Below are positions 49,283-58,601 of a stretch of 64,000 nucleotides of DNA, piece after piece (positions within the stretch are counted from its first letter, which is position 1; each line of letters starts with the position of its first letter). Both the position numbers and the translations under genes were made by a program. This DNA is from Rhabdothermincola salaria (GTDB taxonomy: Bacteria > Actinomycetota > Acidimicrobiia > Acidimicrobiales > Acidimicrobilacustridaceae): assembly GCF_021246445.1 (NCBI RefSeq), contig NZ_JAJQXW010000001.1, positions 310,001 through 374,000 on the forward strand, in the 5' to 3' direction. The notes beneath the pieces are model-generated. The model had not been told where the DNA came from. It was given only the letters and a program-made list of their open reading frames with translations, and made no database searches.

Positions 49283-50101
49283 GTGAGCTCGCGGAGAACC
49301 CTGATCCTCATCGGCGCCATCGTGTTGGGCGTCGTCGCCGCGTTGTTGTTGTTCAACTACGTCCGAGGCATCGAGGATCGCGCCAACGACAACGCCCGGC
49401 GCGTCGACGTCTACGTGGCCGATCGCGACATCGCCCGAGGGGTGCCCGGTGAGACGGCCACCGCCGACGGGAGCATCGGTCAGTCCCAGATCCCCCAGGA
49501 GTTCCGTCCGGCCAGCGCGGTGACCACCACCGACGAGCTGCAGGGCAAGGTGGCGCTGTTCGACATCCCGGCCAGCTCGGTCATCGTGCGGGGCATGTTC
49601 GTCGACCCGGCCCAGACCCAGATCAGCTTCCGGGCCCGTCTGCGCAACCCCGAGCACGTGGCCGTGTCCGTCTCCACCGACCAGGTGCGCGGTGTGGCCG
49701 GCTTCCTCGTCCCCGGCGACGAGGTCAACCTGATGGTCTTCTCCGACGTGCCGGCGAGCGAGGACCCCAACGCCGCCAGCAGCGCCATCCAGCAGGCGGG
49801 CCGCTACCTGTACCAGAAGGTGCAGATCCTGGCCGTGGGCGAGTCCACCATCCTGGCTCCGGGTGAGGAGACCGACGCCGCGGCCACCCCTGCGGCCAAC
49901 TCGGGCATCATCACCTTCAACGTGCCGGCCGATGCCGCCCAGTGGATCGCGGCCGCTCAGCAGGGCGGCGGGTTCTACATGACGCTCGTGGCCCCGGATT
50001 ACACCCCGCAGCCGTTGCCGGCCCCCGACCTGGCCGGCCCGCTGCCCGGCGAGGACCCCGCCGTGTTGACCCCGTACGGCCCCCAAGGCAACCAGGAGTA
50101 G
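49283..50101 (+). CDS. cpaB: Flp pilus assembly protein CpaB/RcpC
   Basis: N-terminal TM, SAF-like VYVADRDIARG, GVAGFLVPGDEVN, VQILAVG. Confidence 0.88.
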   Translation: MSSRRTLILIGAIVLGVVAALLLFNYVRGIEDRANDNARRVDVYVADRDIARGVPGETATADGSIGQSQIPQEFRPASAVTTTDELQGKVALFDIPASSVIVRGMFVDPAQTQISFRARLRNPEHVAVSVSTDQVRGVAGFLVPGDEVNLMVFSDVPASEDPNAASSAIQQAGRYLYQKVQILAVGESTILAPGEETDAAATPAANSGIITFNVPADAAQWIAAAQQGGGFYMTLVAPDYTPQPLPAPDLAGPLPGEDPAVLTPYGPQGNQE

Positions 50102-50112
50102 GTGAGACGTAG

Positions 50113-51351
50113 GTGACCAGCCCGTTCTCCGGATCGTCCGGTGATGGATTTCCCGACCTCCCCCCGACCGCCGGCGACGGCGGTGGTGGGGAGGCGCGGG
50201 TCGCGGTGGCGGTGGTCGACGACGACCAGGCCACCCGGTCGCGCATGGCGATGCAGCTCGGCAACGGCACGGCCGCCTTTGCCAGCATCGGGGAGCTGGC
50301 GGCGTCGCTGACGGGTGCGCCCGTGGTGGTGGTGCTGGGGCCGTCGCTGGCCACCAGCTCGGACCTCTCGACCACCGAGCAGCTGCTGGCCGCCCGGCGG
50401 GAGGTGGGCGCCATCATGGTGACCGACGAGCTGTCCACCGACACGCTCCAGCGGGCCCTGCGGGCCGGCGTCAAGGACGTGCTGCAGGCCCCGGTCGACT
50501 CCAACCAGTTCGACGAGGCCATCGGCCGGGTGGCGGCCACCTTGCGGCCGGCACCGGCGACGGCCCCGCCCATGGTCGTCGAGGGCGAGGCTCCCGGCGA
50601 GCTCGGTCGGGTCATCATGGTGTTCTCCACCAAGGGCGGCTCGGGCAAGTCGGTCATCGCCTCCAACCTGGCCGTGCTCCTGGCCGAGCGCAGCGAGAAG
50701 CCGGTCGTGCTGGTCGACGCCGACCTGCAGTTCGGCGACGTGGCCGTGATGCTCAAGCTCACGCCCCAGCACACCATCGTCGACGCCGTCGGCTCGCTCG
50801 ACCGCCTCGACGACACCCTGCTCAAGGAGCTCCTCGCCACCCACGAGCCCGAAGGGCTCTGGGTCCTCCCGGCCCCGCTCGAGCCGGCGTTCGCCGACCA
50901 GATCGGCGCCGCCGAGATGGTGCGCATCGTCGAGCAGCTGCGCAGCTTCGCCGGTCACGTGGTCATCGACACCCCGGCGTACTTCAACGACGTCGTGCTC
51001 GGGCTCATCGAGATCAGCGACGACGTGCTGTTGGTGGCGGGCATGGACATCCCCAACATCAAGAACGTCAAGATCGGCCTGCAGACCCTCCGGCTGCTCA
51101 ACACCCCGATGGAGAAGCTGCGCCTGATCCTGAACCGGGCCAACTCCAAGGTCCGCCTCGACGCCTCGGAGGTCGAGCGCACCCTCGGCGTGCAGGCCGA
51201 TGCCCTCATCCCCAGCGACATCGTGGTGCCGCAGTCGGTGAACCGGGGCGAGCCCGTGGTCCACGTGGCCCCCAAGTCGTCGGTCGCCAAGTCGTTCAAC
51301 GAGTTGGCCGACCTCTTCCTCCCTGCGCCGGCCAAGAAGCGCCGGCGGTGA
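50113..51351 (+). CDS. cpaE: CpaE/TadZ-like pseudo-receiver plus MinD/ParA ATPase
   Basis: REC-like N-terminus (ALRAGVKDVL), KGGSGKS deviant Walker A, VDADLQFGD, IDTP. Confidence 0.87.
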   Translation: MTSPFSGSSGDGFPDLPPTAGDGGGGEARVAVAVVDDDQATRSRMAMQLGNGTAAFASIGELAASLTGAPVVVVLGPSLATSSDLSTTEQLLAARREVGAIMVTDELSTDTLQRALRAGVKDVLQAPVDSNQFDEAIGRVAATLRPAPATAPPMVVEGEAPGELGRVIMVFSTKGGSGKSVIASNLAVLLAERSEKPVVLVDADLQFGDVAVMLKLTPQHTIVDAVGSLDRLDDTLLKELLATHEPEGLWVLPAPLEPAFADQIGAAEMVRIVEQLRSFAGHVVIDTPAYFNDVVLGLIEISDDVLLVAGMDIPNIKNVKIGLQTLRLLNTPMEKLRLILNRANSKVRLDASEVERTLGVQADALIPSDIVVPQSVNRGEPVVHVAPKSSVAKSFNELADLFLPAPAKKRRR

Positions 51352-51398
51352 CCTTGCCCCCCGACGAGACCCTTCGAGAGCACTGAGGTAGCCCGCGG

Positions 51399-52754
51399 AT
51401 GTCCCTCTACAAGCGTCTCCACGATGTGCAGGGTGCCCCGGAAGCCGGGGCACCCCGTCGCGACCCGATCCTCGACGACCTGCGCCAGCGGATCCACCAC
51501 CACCTGATCGAAGAGCTCGGCCCGATCATCTACGACAAGCGCTTGTCCGAGGACGACCTGCGCAAGCGGGTGAACGAACAGCTGCACGTGGCCCTGGCCG
51601 CCGAGCGGGCCCCGCTGTCGGCCGCCGACAAGGCCCAGCTCATCCAGGACGTCTCCGACGACATCCTCGGCTACGGCCCGATCGATCGCCTCCTGAGGGA
51701 GGACGACATCTCCGAGGTCATGGTCAACGGCCCCGAGCAGGTCTACGTCGAGCGCAACGGCAAGCTCGAGAAGTCCACGGCCAACTTCGTCGACGACGTC
51801 CACCTGCGGCGCATCATCGACAAGATCGTCGGCGAGATCGGCCGGCGCATCGACGAGGCCAACCCGCTCTGCGATGCCCGTCTGCCCGACGGCTCGCGCG
51901 TCAACGCCGTCATCCACCCCCTCGCCATCGGCGGGCCCTTCCTCACGATCCGGAAGTTCGCCAAAGAGAAGCTCCAGATCGACGACCTCATCCGCTTCGG
52001 CACCCTCAACGCCCATTCGGCCCGCTTCCTGCAGGCCTGCGTGGTGGGTCGGCTCAACGTCATGGTCTCCGGGGGCACCGGCACCGGCAAGACCACCACC
52101 CTCAACGTGCTGTCATCGTTCATCCCCGAGGGCGAGCGCATCGTCACCGTGGAGGACGCCAAGGAGCTCCAGCTCCACCAGGACCACGTCCTCGCCCTCG
52201 AGGCCCGGCCGGCCAACATCGAGGGGCGGGGCGAGATCACCATTCGCGACCTGGTGAAGAACTGCCTGCGGATGCGCCCCGACCGCATCGTGGTGGGGGA
52301 GTGCCGCTCCGGTGAGGCCCTCGACATGCTCCAGGCCATGAACACCGGCCACGACGGGTCGCTCACGACGGTGCACTCCAACAGCCCGCGCGACACCCTG
52401 GCCCGCCTCGAGACCCTGGTGCTCATGGCCGGCTTCGATCTGCCGGTGCGGGCCATCCGCGAGCAGATGGCGGCGGCGCTCGACGTCATCGTGCACCTCA
52501 GCCGGCTCCGCGACGGCACCCGTCGCATCACCCACATCACCGAGGTGCAGGGCATGGAGGGCGATGTCATCACCCTCCAGGACATCTTCTTGTTCGACTA
52601 CGGGATGGGCGTCGACGAGCACGGCCGCTTCAAGGGGCACCTCAAGGCCACCGGCGTGCGACCCAAGTTCGCCGAGAAGCTGTCCGACATGGGCATCCGC
52701 CTCGGCCAGGAAGTCTTCCAGCCCGAGGGCTTCGCTCGCCGGGCCTCGGGCTGA
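51399..52754 (+). CDS. cpaF: Tad pilus assembly ATPase
   Basis: DARLPDGSRVN, GGTGTGKTT, LRMRPDRIVVGE, AMNTGHDG. Confidence 0.95.
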   Translation: MSLYKRLHDVQGAPEAGAPRRDPILDDLRQRIHHHLIEELGPIIYDKRLSEDDLRKRVNEQLHVALAAERAPLSAADKAQLIQDVSDDILGYGPIDRLLREDDISEVMVNGPEQVYVERNGKLEKSTANFVDDVHLRRIIDKIVGEIGRRIDEANPLCDARLPDGSRVNAVIHPLAIGGPFLTIRKFAKEKLQIDDLIRFGTLNAHSARFLQACVVGRLNVMVSGGTGTGKTTTLNVLSSFIPEGERIVTVEDAKELQLHQDHVLALEARPANIEGRGEITIRDLVKNCLRMRPDRIVVGECRSGEALDMLQAMNTGHDGSLTTVHSNSPRDTLARLETLVLMAGFDLPVRAIREQMAAALDVIVHLSRLRDGTRRITHITEVQGMEGDVITLQDIFLFDYGMGVDEHGRFKGHLKATGVRPKFAEKLSDMGIRLGQEVFQPEGFARRASG

Positions 52755-52764
52755 CGGAGCTGAC

Positions 52765-54792
52765 ATGACCGCCACCCCGACGACCCCGGCATCCACAGGG
52801 CGCCGCGCCCGGAGCGCCCGGCCCGTCGCCGTCGCGGCCGTGTTCGTTGTGCTGCTCCTGGCCCTGGCCGCGGTGGTCGTCGGTGGCCCCGTCGGAGCCC
52901 AGGACACCGGCTCGTTGGTCCTGCGCCAGGTCGACACGTCCGAGCCGGCCGACTCCAGGCTGCAGTTCGTCTACACGGGCCCGGCCTCCGAGGTCGAGGA
53001 CGCCCGCCTGGTGGGCAACGGCGACCAGATCTCGTCGGCGCCGCCACGGGCCCTGCCCGGGTCCACCCCCATCGCCACCGCCCTGGTCTTCGACACGTCG
53101 ACCGCCATGGACGAGTCGGGTGCGCTGGTGGCGGCCAAGGACGCGGCCAAGGAGTGGGTCGAGGATCGCAGCGGTGCCGCCGCGGCCAACCAGGTCTTCG
53201 CGGTGTACGCGGCCAGCGACACCGGCATCCAGATCCAGGGCTTCACCTCTGACACCGAGCGCCTGGTGGCCGCCATCGACCGGGTCGCTCCCGCGGCCGC
53301 CACCGAGGACCAGGGCCTGTCGGCGATGTGGTCGGCGGTCGGCCAGGCCGCCTCGGCCCTCGATGCCCGCAACGCCGAGCAGCCGAACCTGGTGGTGATG
53401 ACGGGCACCACCGACAACGCCACTCCGTCCGCCGAGCGCCCCGCCGCTCGGGGCGACGTCACGTCGTCGGGGGCCACCGTCTTCGCCGCCGAGTACCTCA
53501 ACGCGGGGCTCGACCCGGCCGCCGTCGACTCCCTGGTGGCCACCAACGGCGGGCTGGTGCTCCGCTCCGACAGCGGCCCCGACTTCGGCGAGCTCGTCGA
53601 GGAGATCGCCACCGCCATCACCGAGCAGCAGTACGAGATGGTCTACGACGCCGGCGTCGATCCGGGCACGGTGGTCGACCTCACCCTCGAGGTCGGTGGT
53701 CAGAGCGCCACCGCATCGGTGGTCACCGGTTCGTCGGTGCAGGGCGAGGTCGCCCTCAACCCCGAGATCATCGAGTCCTCCGGTGGCGTCTCGGCCCTGC
53801 AGGGCAACCTGGGGCTGATCGCACTGGTGCTGGTGGGTCTGCTGGCCGCCGGGTTGTTCGCCTTCGCCATCTTCTCGCTGTTCGTCCGCGAGGACCGCCT
53901 GGCCCAGGTGCTGCAGCCCTACGACGACGCCATGACCACCTCGGCGCTCGGCGACGGGGCTGACGACGACGCCGACACCTCGCTGGCCCGCACCGCCATC
54001 GTGCAGCGGGCCGTGCAGATCACCGAGCAGGTGGCCACCGATCGGGGGCTGCTGGTCAAGGTCGAGAACGCGCTCGAGCGGGCCAACCTCCCGCTGCGCG
54101 CCGGCGAGGGCCTCTTCTTCTACGCCGCCGGCGTGGTGTTGCTCACCATCCTCGCCTTCGTGGTGGGCGGCAGCCTCATCCTCGGCCTCATCGTCGGGCT
54201 GTTCGCCGCCATCGTCCCCCCGGCGGTGGTGAACTTCCTTGCCGCCCGGCGGCGCAAGCAGTTCATGGCCCTGCTGCCCGACACGCTCTCGCTGCTGTCG
54301 GGCACCCTGCGGGCGGGCTATTCGCTGATGCAGGGCGTGGAGGCCGTGTCCCAGGAGGTGGCCGAGCCCATGGGCACCGAGCTGCGCCGGGTGGTCACCG
54401 AGGCCCGCCTCGGCCGTCCGCTCGAGGAGGCCCTCGACTACACCGCCGTGCGCATGGCCTCGCCGGACTTCGCCTGGGCCGTCATGGCCATCCGCATCCA
54501 GCGCGAGGTCGGTGGCAACCTCTCCGAGCTGCTCATGACGGTGGCCGACACCATGGTCCAGCGCGAGCGTCTCCGCCGCGACGTGTCCGCCCTCACCGCC
54601 GAGGGGCGGGTCAGCGCCTTCGTCCTCGGGGCCCTGCCCATCGGTCTCGGAGCGGTCATGTTCGTGCTCAACCCGGACTACACCAACAAGCTCATCACCG
54701 AGGGACTGGGCAACCTGATGCTCGCCGTCGGGGTGGTGTCGATGCTCATCGGCTTCGCCTGGATGAAGAAGATCATCGACATCGAGATCTGA
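52765..54792 (+). CDS. tadB: TadB (T2SS-F) platform protein fused to an N-terminal exported vWA-like domain
   Basis: Signal-like N-terminus, LVFDTS vWA strand, C-terminal LRAGYSL..QREVGGNL..LTAEGR. Confidence 0.85.
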   Translation: MTATPTTPASTGRRARSARPVAVAAVFVVLLLALAAVVVGGPVGAQDTGSLVLRQVDTSEPADSRLQFVYTGPASEVEDARLVGNGDQISSAPPRALPGSTPIATALVFDTSTAMDESGALVAAKDAAKEWVEDRSGAAAANQVFAVYAASDTGIQIQGFTSDTERLVAAIDRVAPAAATEDQGLSAMWSAVGQAASALDARNAEQPNLVVMTGTTDNATPSAERPAARGDVTSSGATVFAAEYLNAGLDPAAVDSLVATNGGLVLRSDSGPDFGELVEEIATAITEQQYEMVYDAGVDPGTVVDLTLEVGGQSATASVVTGSSVQGEVALNPEIIESSGGVSALQGNLGLIALVLVGLLAAGLFAFAIFSLFVREDRLAQVLQPYDDAMTTSALGDGADDDADTSLARTAIVQRAVQITEQVATDRGLLVKVENALERANLPLRAGEGLFFYAAGVVLLTILAFVVGGSLILGLIVGLFAAIVPPAVVNFLAARRRKQFMALLPDTLSLLSGTLRAGYSLMQGVEAVSQEVAEPMGTELRRVVTEARLGRPLEEALDYTAVRMASPDFAWAVMAIRIQREVGGNLSELLMTVADTMVQRERLRRDVSALTAEGRVSAFVLGALPIGLGAVMFVLNPDYTNKLITEGLGNLMLAVGVVSMLIGFAWMKKIIDIEI

Positions 54793-54803
54793 GGAAAGCT
54801 GCC

Positions 54804-55730
54804 ATGGCGCTCATCATCGGACTCGCCCTCGTGGCCCTGGTCATCGCCCTGGTGGTGTGGGCCCTGGGCAGCCAGGCCGACGAGAAGGCGGTGGTGCGGT
54901 CCTCGCTGCGCCAGCTCGAGGGCTACGAGGTCGAGAACGTCCGCGACCAGGAGCTGCTGGTGCCGCTGCGCGACCGGGCCATCGCCCCGGTGCTCACCGG
55001 CCTCAGCGACCTCGGGCGCCGCTTCACCCCCGCCGGCTACGTCGACACGGTCCGCCGCAAGTTCGTATCGGCCGGCAACCCGTCGGCCGAGGCAGTGGAT
55101 CGGTTCCTCGCCATCCGGGTGCTCACCGTCGCGCTCGTGCCGTTCGCCTTCATCCTGGTCTTCGTCCTCAACCCCCTCGGGTTCGAGGGGTTGATGCAGC
55201 TCGGGGCGTTCGCCCTGCTGGCCTTCGCCCTCGTGGCCGGGCCCGACGCCGTGCTCAACCGTCGGGTCGAGGAACGGGCCAACGAGCTGCAGCGCAAGCT
55301 CCCCGACATCCTCGACCTGCTCACCATCTCCGTGGAGGCCGGCCTCGGGTTCGAGCAGGCCCTCGACCGCACCATCGCCGCCGTACCGGGGGCGCTCTCC
55401 GACGAGTTCGCCCGCATGCTGGGCGAGGTGCGCGCCGGCGCCAGCCGGGCCGACGCCATGCGGTCCATGGAGCAGCGCACCGACGTGCCCGAGGTGCGCT
55501 CGTTCGTGCTGGCCATCCTGCAGGCCGACACCTTCGGTGTCTCCATCGGCCGGGTGCTGCGGGCCCAGGCCGACGAGATGCGCATCAAGCGCCGCCAGGC
55601 GGCCCAGGAGCGGGCCCAGAAGGCACCCGTGAAGATGATGATCCCCATGGTGTTCTGCATCTTCCCGGCTCTGTTCGTCGTCGTCATCGGCCCCGCCATC
55701 ATCAACATCCGTGAAGGCTTCGGAGGCTGA
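54804..55730 (+). CDS. tadC: TadC (T2SS-F) platform protein
   Basis: LPDILDLL.ISVEAGLGF, QADTFG, AQKAPVKM..P...CIFP. Confidence 0.9.
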   Translation: MALIIGLALVALVIALVVWALGSQADEKAVVRSSLRQLEGYEVENVRDQELLVPLRDRAIAPVLTGLSDLGRRFTPAGYVDTVRRKFVSAGNPSAEAVDRFLAIRVLTVALVPFAFILVFVLNPLGFEGLMQLGAFALLAFALVAGPDAVLNRRVEERANELQRKLPDILDLLTISVEAGLGFEQALDRTIAAVPGALSDEFARMLGEVRAGASRADAMRSMEQRTDVPEVRSFVLAILQADTFGVSIGRVLRAQADEMRIKRRQAAQERAQKAPVKMMIPMVFCIFPALFVVVIGPAIINIREGFGG

Positions 55731-57171
55731 GGCCGTCGCCACCCGGGCCTCGGCGACGGCTCCGGGATGGCTCCGGGCCCCCGCGCTCAGCACGCTCGTC
55801 GGGGGGATCCTCGTCCTGTGGGGCGTGTACCTGGGCATGGCCCGGATCAGCGACAACAGCTTCCTCACCCACCTGGCCACGGGCCGGCTGATCCTCGACA
55901 CCGGGTCCATCCCCCGGTCGGACCCGTACTCGTTCTCCGCCGCCGGCGAGCCGTGGGTGGTGCAGAGCTGGCTGGCCTCGATCGTCTACGCCGGTGTCGA
56001 ACGCCTCGGCGGCATCGACGGGGTCCGGTTGCTCACCGCCGCCCTCATGGCCCTGCTCATGGGCATCATCTGGGCCCTCACGCGACCGGCCGACGGTCTG
56101 GTCGTCCGCTTCGCGGTGGCCGCCTCGGCCGCCGCCGTGGGGGCGGTGGCCTGGTCGCCTCGGCCGCTGCTCTTCGGCTTGGTGCTGTTGGGGCTCACTC
56201 TCCTGGCCGTGGAGCGGCGCTGGCCGGCGCCTGTCCTCGTCCCGGTCTTCTGGCTGTGGGTGAACACGCACGGTTCGTTCCCGCTCGGGTTGGCGCTCCT
56301 GGCCGTGCTGGCCCTGGGCTCCCACCTCGACGGACGTGAGCCCCGTGTCGAGCTCCGCGCTCTGCTGTGGGCTGGTGTCGGCACCCTGCTCGGTGCCGTC
56401 AATCCTCTGGGCCTGTCCCTGCTCACCTTCCCCCTGCGGGCGCTCGAGCAGCGCGACGTCTTCGGCTACGTGGTGGAGTGGCAGCCACCTGACTTCTCGG
56501 GGACCCTGGGGCGGCTCTTCCTGTTGCAGCTGGCCATTGCTGTCGCCGCCCTGGTCCGCCGTCCCAGCTGGCGGGTGGCCCTGCCGCTGGTCGCCTTCGG
56601 GGCGATGGGCTTCGTGGCCTCGCGCAACATCGCGGTGGCCTCGATCGTGCTCCTGCCGGGGATGGCCGCGGGCCTGGCCGGGCTGGGCGGGCTGAAGGGT
56701 CGCGAGCGGGGTCGGGGCACCGTCATCGGTGGGGCGGTTCTGCTGGCCATCGGCGTCCTTGTCGTCGTGGGAGGCCTGGCTCGGCCGGCCTACGACCTGA
56801 GTCGGTTCCCGGTGGACGCAGTGGCGTGGACGGAAAAGGAAGGGCTGCTCGGGCCCGAGCAGCGTCGAATGGCGCCGGACACCGCCGGGAACTACCTGGA
56901 GCTGGTGCTCGGTCCCGAGGCAGCTGTGTTCGTCGATGATCGGGTCGACATGTACCCCAGCGGGATCATCGAGGACGCGGTGGCGCTGAAGGGCAGCGGC
57001 GTCGGGGGTCTCGCCATCGTCGAGCGGTGGCACCCCGATGTCGTGATCTGGCCCCGCGCTGCTGCCTTGTCCGAGGCCCTGCTGGCGAATTCGGCATGGG
57101 CGCTGGGCTACAGCGACGATGAATGGCTGGTGTTCACCCCGGCCGATGGCGACAGTTCGTCGCTGGGTTGA
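55711..57171 (+). CDS. Polytopic membrane protein, putative GT-C-fold glycosyltransferase
   Basis: About 11 TM; D..F.THL.TG..I...G.IP..DPYS....PW loop after TM1, RPLLFG, WVNTHGSF, EWQP, C-terminal soluble VFVDDRVDMY. Confidence 0.6.
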   Translation: MKASEAEAVATRASATAPGWLRAPALSTLVGGILVLWGVYLGMARISDNSFLTHLATGRLILDTGSIPRSDPYSFSAAGEPWVVQSWLASIVYAGVERLGGIDGVRLLTAALMALLMGIIWALTRPADGLVVRFAVAASAAAVGAVAWSPRPLLFGLVLLGLTLLAVERRWPAPVLVPVFWLWVNTHGSFPLGLALLAVLALGSHLDGREPRVELRALLWAGVGTLLGAVNPLGLSLLTFPLRALEQRDVFGYVVEWQPPDFSGTLGRLFLLQLAIAVAALVRRPSWRVALPLVAFGAMGFVASRNIAVASIVLLPGMAAGLAGLGGLKGRERGRGTVIGGAVLLAIGVLVVVGGLARPAYDLSRFPVDAVAWTEKEGLLGPEQRRMAPDTAGNYLELVLGPEAAVFVDDRVDMYPSGIIEDAVALKGSGVGGLAIVERWHPDVVIWPRAAALSEALLANSAWALGYSDDEWLVFTPADGDSSSLG

Positions 57172-57180
57172 GCAACGCGA

Positions 57181-57214
57181 CGAGGGGCGGGACCCCGGAG
57201 GATCCCGCCCCTCG
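57181..57214. terminator. Hairpin between convergent tad operon and pilin genes
   Basis: CGAGGGGCGGGA / TCCCGCCCCTCG. Confidence 0.6.
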
Positions 57215-57230
57215 ACGACTAGGGATGCGG

Positions 57231-57401
57231 TCAGAGAGCGCTGCTGACGGAGCTGCCGGAACGGTCCAGGCTGTCGTACAGGCTGTCACCGAGGAAGATC
57301 AGCGCCGTGACGCACACCAGGGCGATGAGGGCGAGGAGGAGTGCGTACTCGACGAGGCTGGCACCCTCGTCGCCCTCGCGGAGCTCGTCTCCGTGGGGCA
57401 T
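57231..57401 (-). CDS. flp: Flp family type IVc pilin (second copy)
   Basis: G|ASLVEYALLLALIALV Flp motif; Ser-rich C-terminus. Confidence 0.85.
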   Translation of the reverse strand: MPHGDELREGDEGASLVEYALLLALIALVCVTALIFLGDSLYDSLDRSGSSVSSAL

Positions 57402-57438
57402 CGGACCTCGCTTGGTGGTCAGGTGACCGGAAATGCGA

Positions 57439-57469
57439 ACGAGCGGGACGGTGGAACCGTCCCGCTCGT
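57439..57469 (-). terminator. Hairpin between the two pilin genes
   Basis: ACGAGCGGGACGGT-gga-ACCGTCCCGCTCGT perfect 14-bp stem. Confidence 0.65.
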
Positions 57470-57487
57470 CAGCCGAAGTGGCAGGTG

Positions 57488-57679
57488 TCAGGCGCCCTGG
57501 ATCTCGGAGCCGACCTCGTTGAACTGATCGCTCGCCGAGTCGCCGATGAAGCTGATGGCGATGATGCACACCACGGCGATGAGGGCGACGAGAAGGGCGT
57601 ACTCGACGAGCGAGGCGCCACGGTCGGACTTGGTGCGGGCCTGGAGCCAGGCGCTGATGAAGTCGTAGGAGGTCATCAT
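57488..57679 (-). CDS. flp: Flp family type IVc pilin (probable major pilin)
   Basis: RG|ASLVEYALLVALIAVV; GGGAG SD upstream. Confidence 0.92.
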   Translation of the reverse strand: MMTSYDFISAWLQARTKSDRGASLVEYALLVALIAVVCIIAISFIGDSASDQFNEVGSEIQGA

Positions 57680-57754
57680 GTTCGGGGGTTCTCCCTGTGC
57701 TGGTGCTGTCGGAAGGCCCGGAGCACCGGACCCGTTGTCGTTGCGACAGGAGAA

Positions 57755-57781
57755 GTATCGGCGCAGGGGCAGCGGACTTTA
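57755..57781 (-). promoter_or_regulatory. Sigma-28/WhiG-type promoter of flp
   Basis: Minus strand TAAA-N15-GCCGATAC, near-perfect match to TAAA-N15-GCCGATAA. Confidence 0.75.
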
Positions 57782-57888
57782 TGGGCAATCCGGCCCTTTC
57801 CCCTGAAAAAGACCTCCAGAGGCCGAAATGAGCCATTTGACCTAGTCGGTCGCCGGAGACCCGTTGCTCAGCGGGCGCCCACACCCCT

Positions 57889-58545
57889 TCAGTCGAGGTG
57901 CACGATGCCCATGCGCACGGCCTGCAGCACGGCCTGGGTGCGGTCGCGCGCGTCGAGCTTCTGGTAGATCGAGGCCAGGTGGTTCTTCACCGTCTTCTGG
58001 CTGATGTAGAGCTGCTCGGCCACCTCGGGGGTGGAGCACCCGTCGGCGATGAGCTGGAGGACCTCTTCCTCCCGCCGGGTGATGATGCGCTCCTCCTCGG
58101 CGGCGCCGAACGACGGGTCGCTGTCGAGGCGGCGCACCTCGTCGAGCATCGACGCCGCCAGCTGCGGTGACAGGGCGGTCTCCCCGCTCACCGCCAGGCG
58201 CACGGCGGTGGCGATCTCGGTGGTGGAGCAGTCCTTGACCAGGTAGCCCGAGGCCCCGGCCCGGATGGCGGCGGCCAGTACCTCCTGGTCGGCGTGCATG
58301 GTGAGCATCACCACCCGGGTGGAGGGCAGGCTGCCCCGGATCTGGCGGGTGGCCTCCACGCCGTCCATCTCCGGCATGGTGACGTCCATCAGGATCACGT
58401 CGGGGCGCAGCTCGTCGGCCATGCGCACGGCCTCTTCGCCGTTGCCGGCCTCGCCGACCACGTCGAAGCCCTGCTCGAGCATGGATCGCCGCAGGCCTTC
58501 GCGCAGCATGCGGTGGTCGTCGGCCAGCATCAAGCGGATCGTCAC
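57889..58545 (-). CDS. NarL/LuxR-family response regulator
   Basis: ADDH, MDVTMP, GYLVK, TRREEEVL, KTVKNHLASIYQKL. Confidence 0.94.
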   Translation of the reverse strand: MTIRLMLADDHRMLREGLRRSMLEQGFDVVGEAGNGEEAVRMADELRPDVILMDVTMPEMDGVEATRQIRGSLPSTRVVMLTMHADQEVLAAAIRAGASGYLVKDCSTTEIATAVRLAVSGETALSPQLAASMLDEVRRLDSDPSFGAAEEERIITRREEEVLQLIADGCSTPEVAEQLYISQKTVKNHLASIYQKLDARDRTQAVLQAVRMGIVHLD

Positions 58546-58601
58546 GTGGGGTCCTCCGTCGCCTCGTCCCCTGCCGGGGCGGCCCCCTGAGGAGGGCGAG
58601 A

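Noticed and set aside
57680..57888. c-di-GMP riboswitch upstream of flp
   Set aside because: No recognisable GEMM-type consensus; the region is better explained by the sigma-28 promoter
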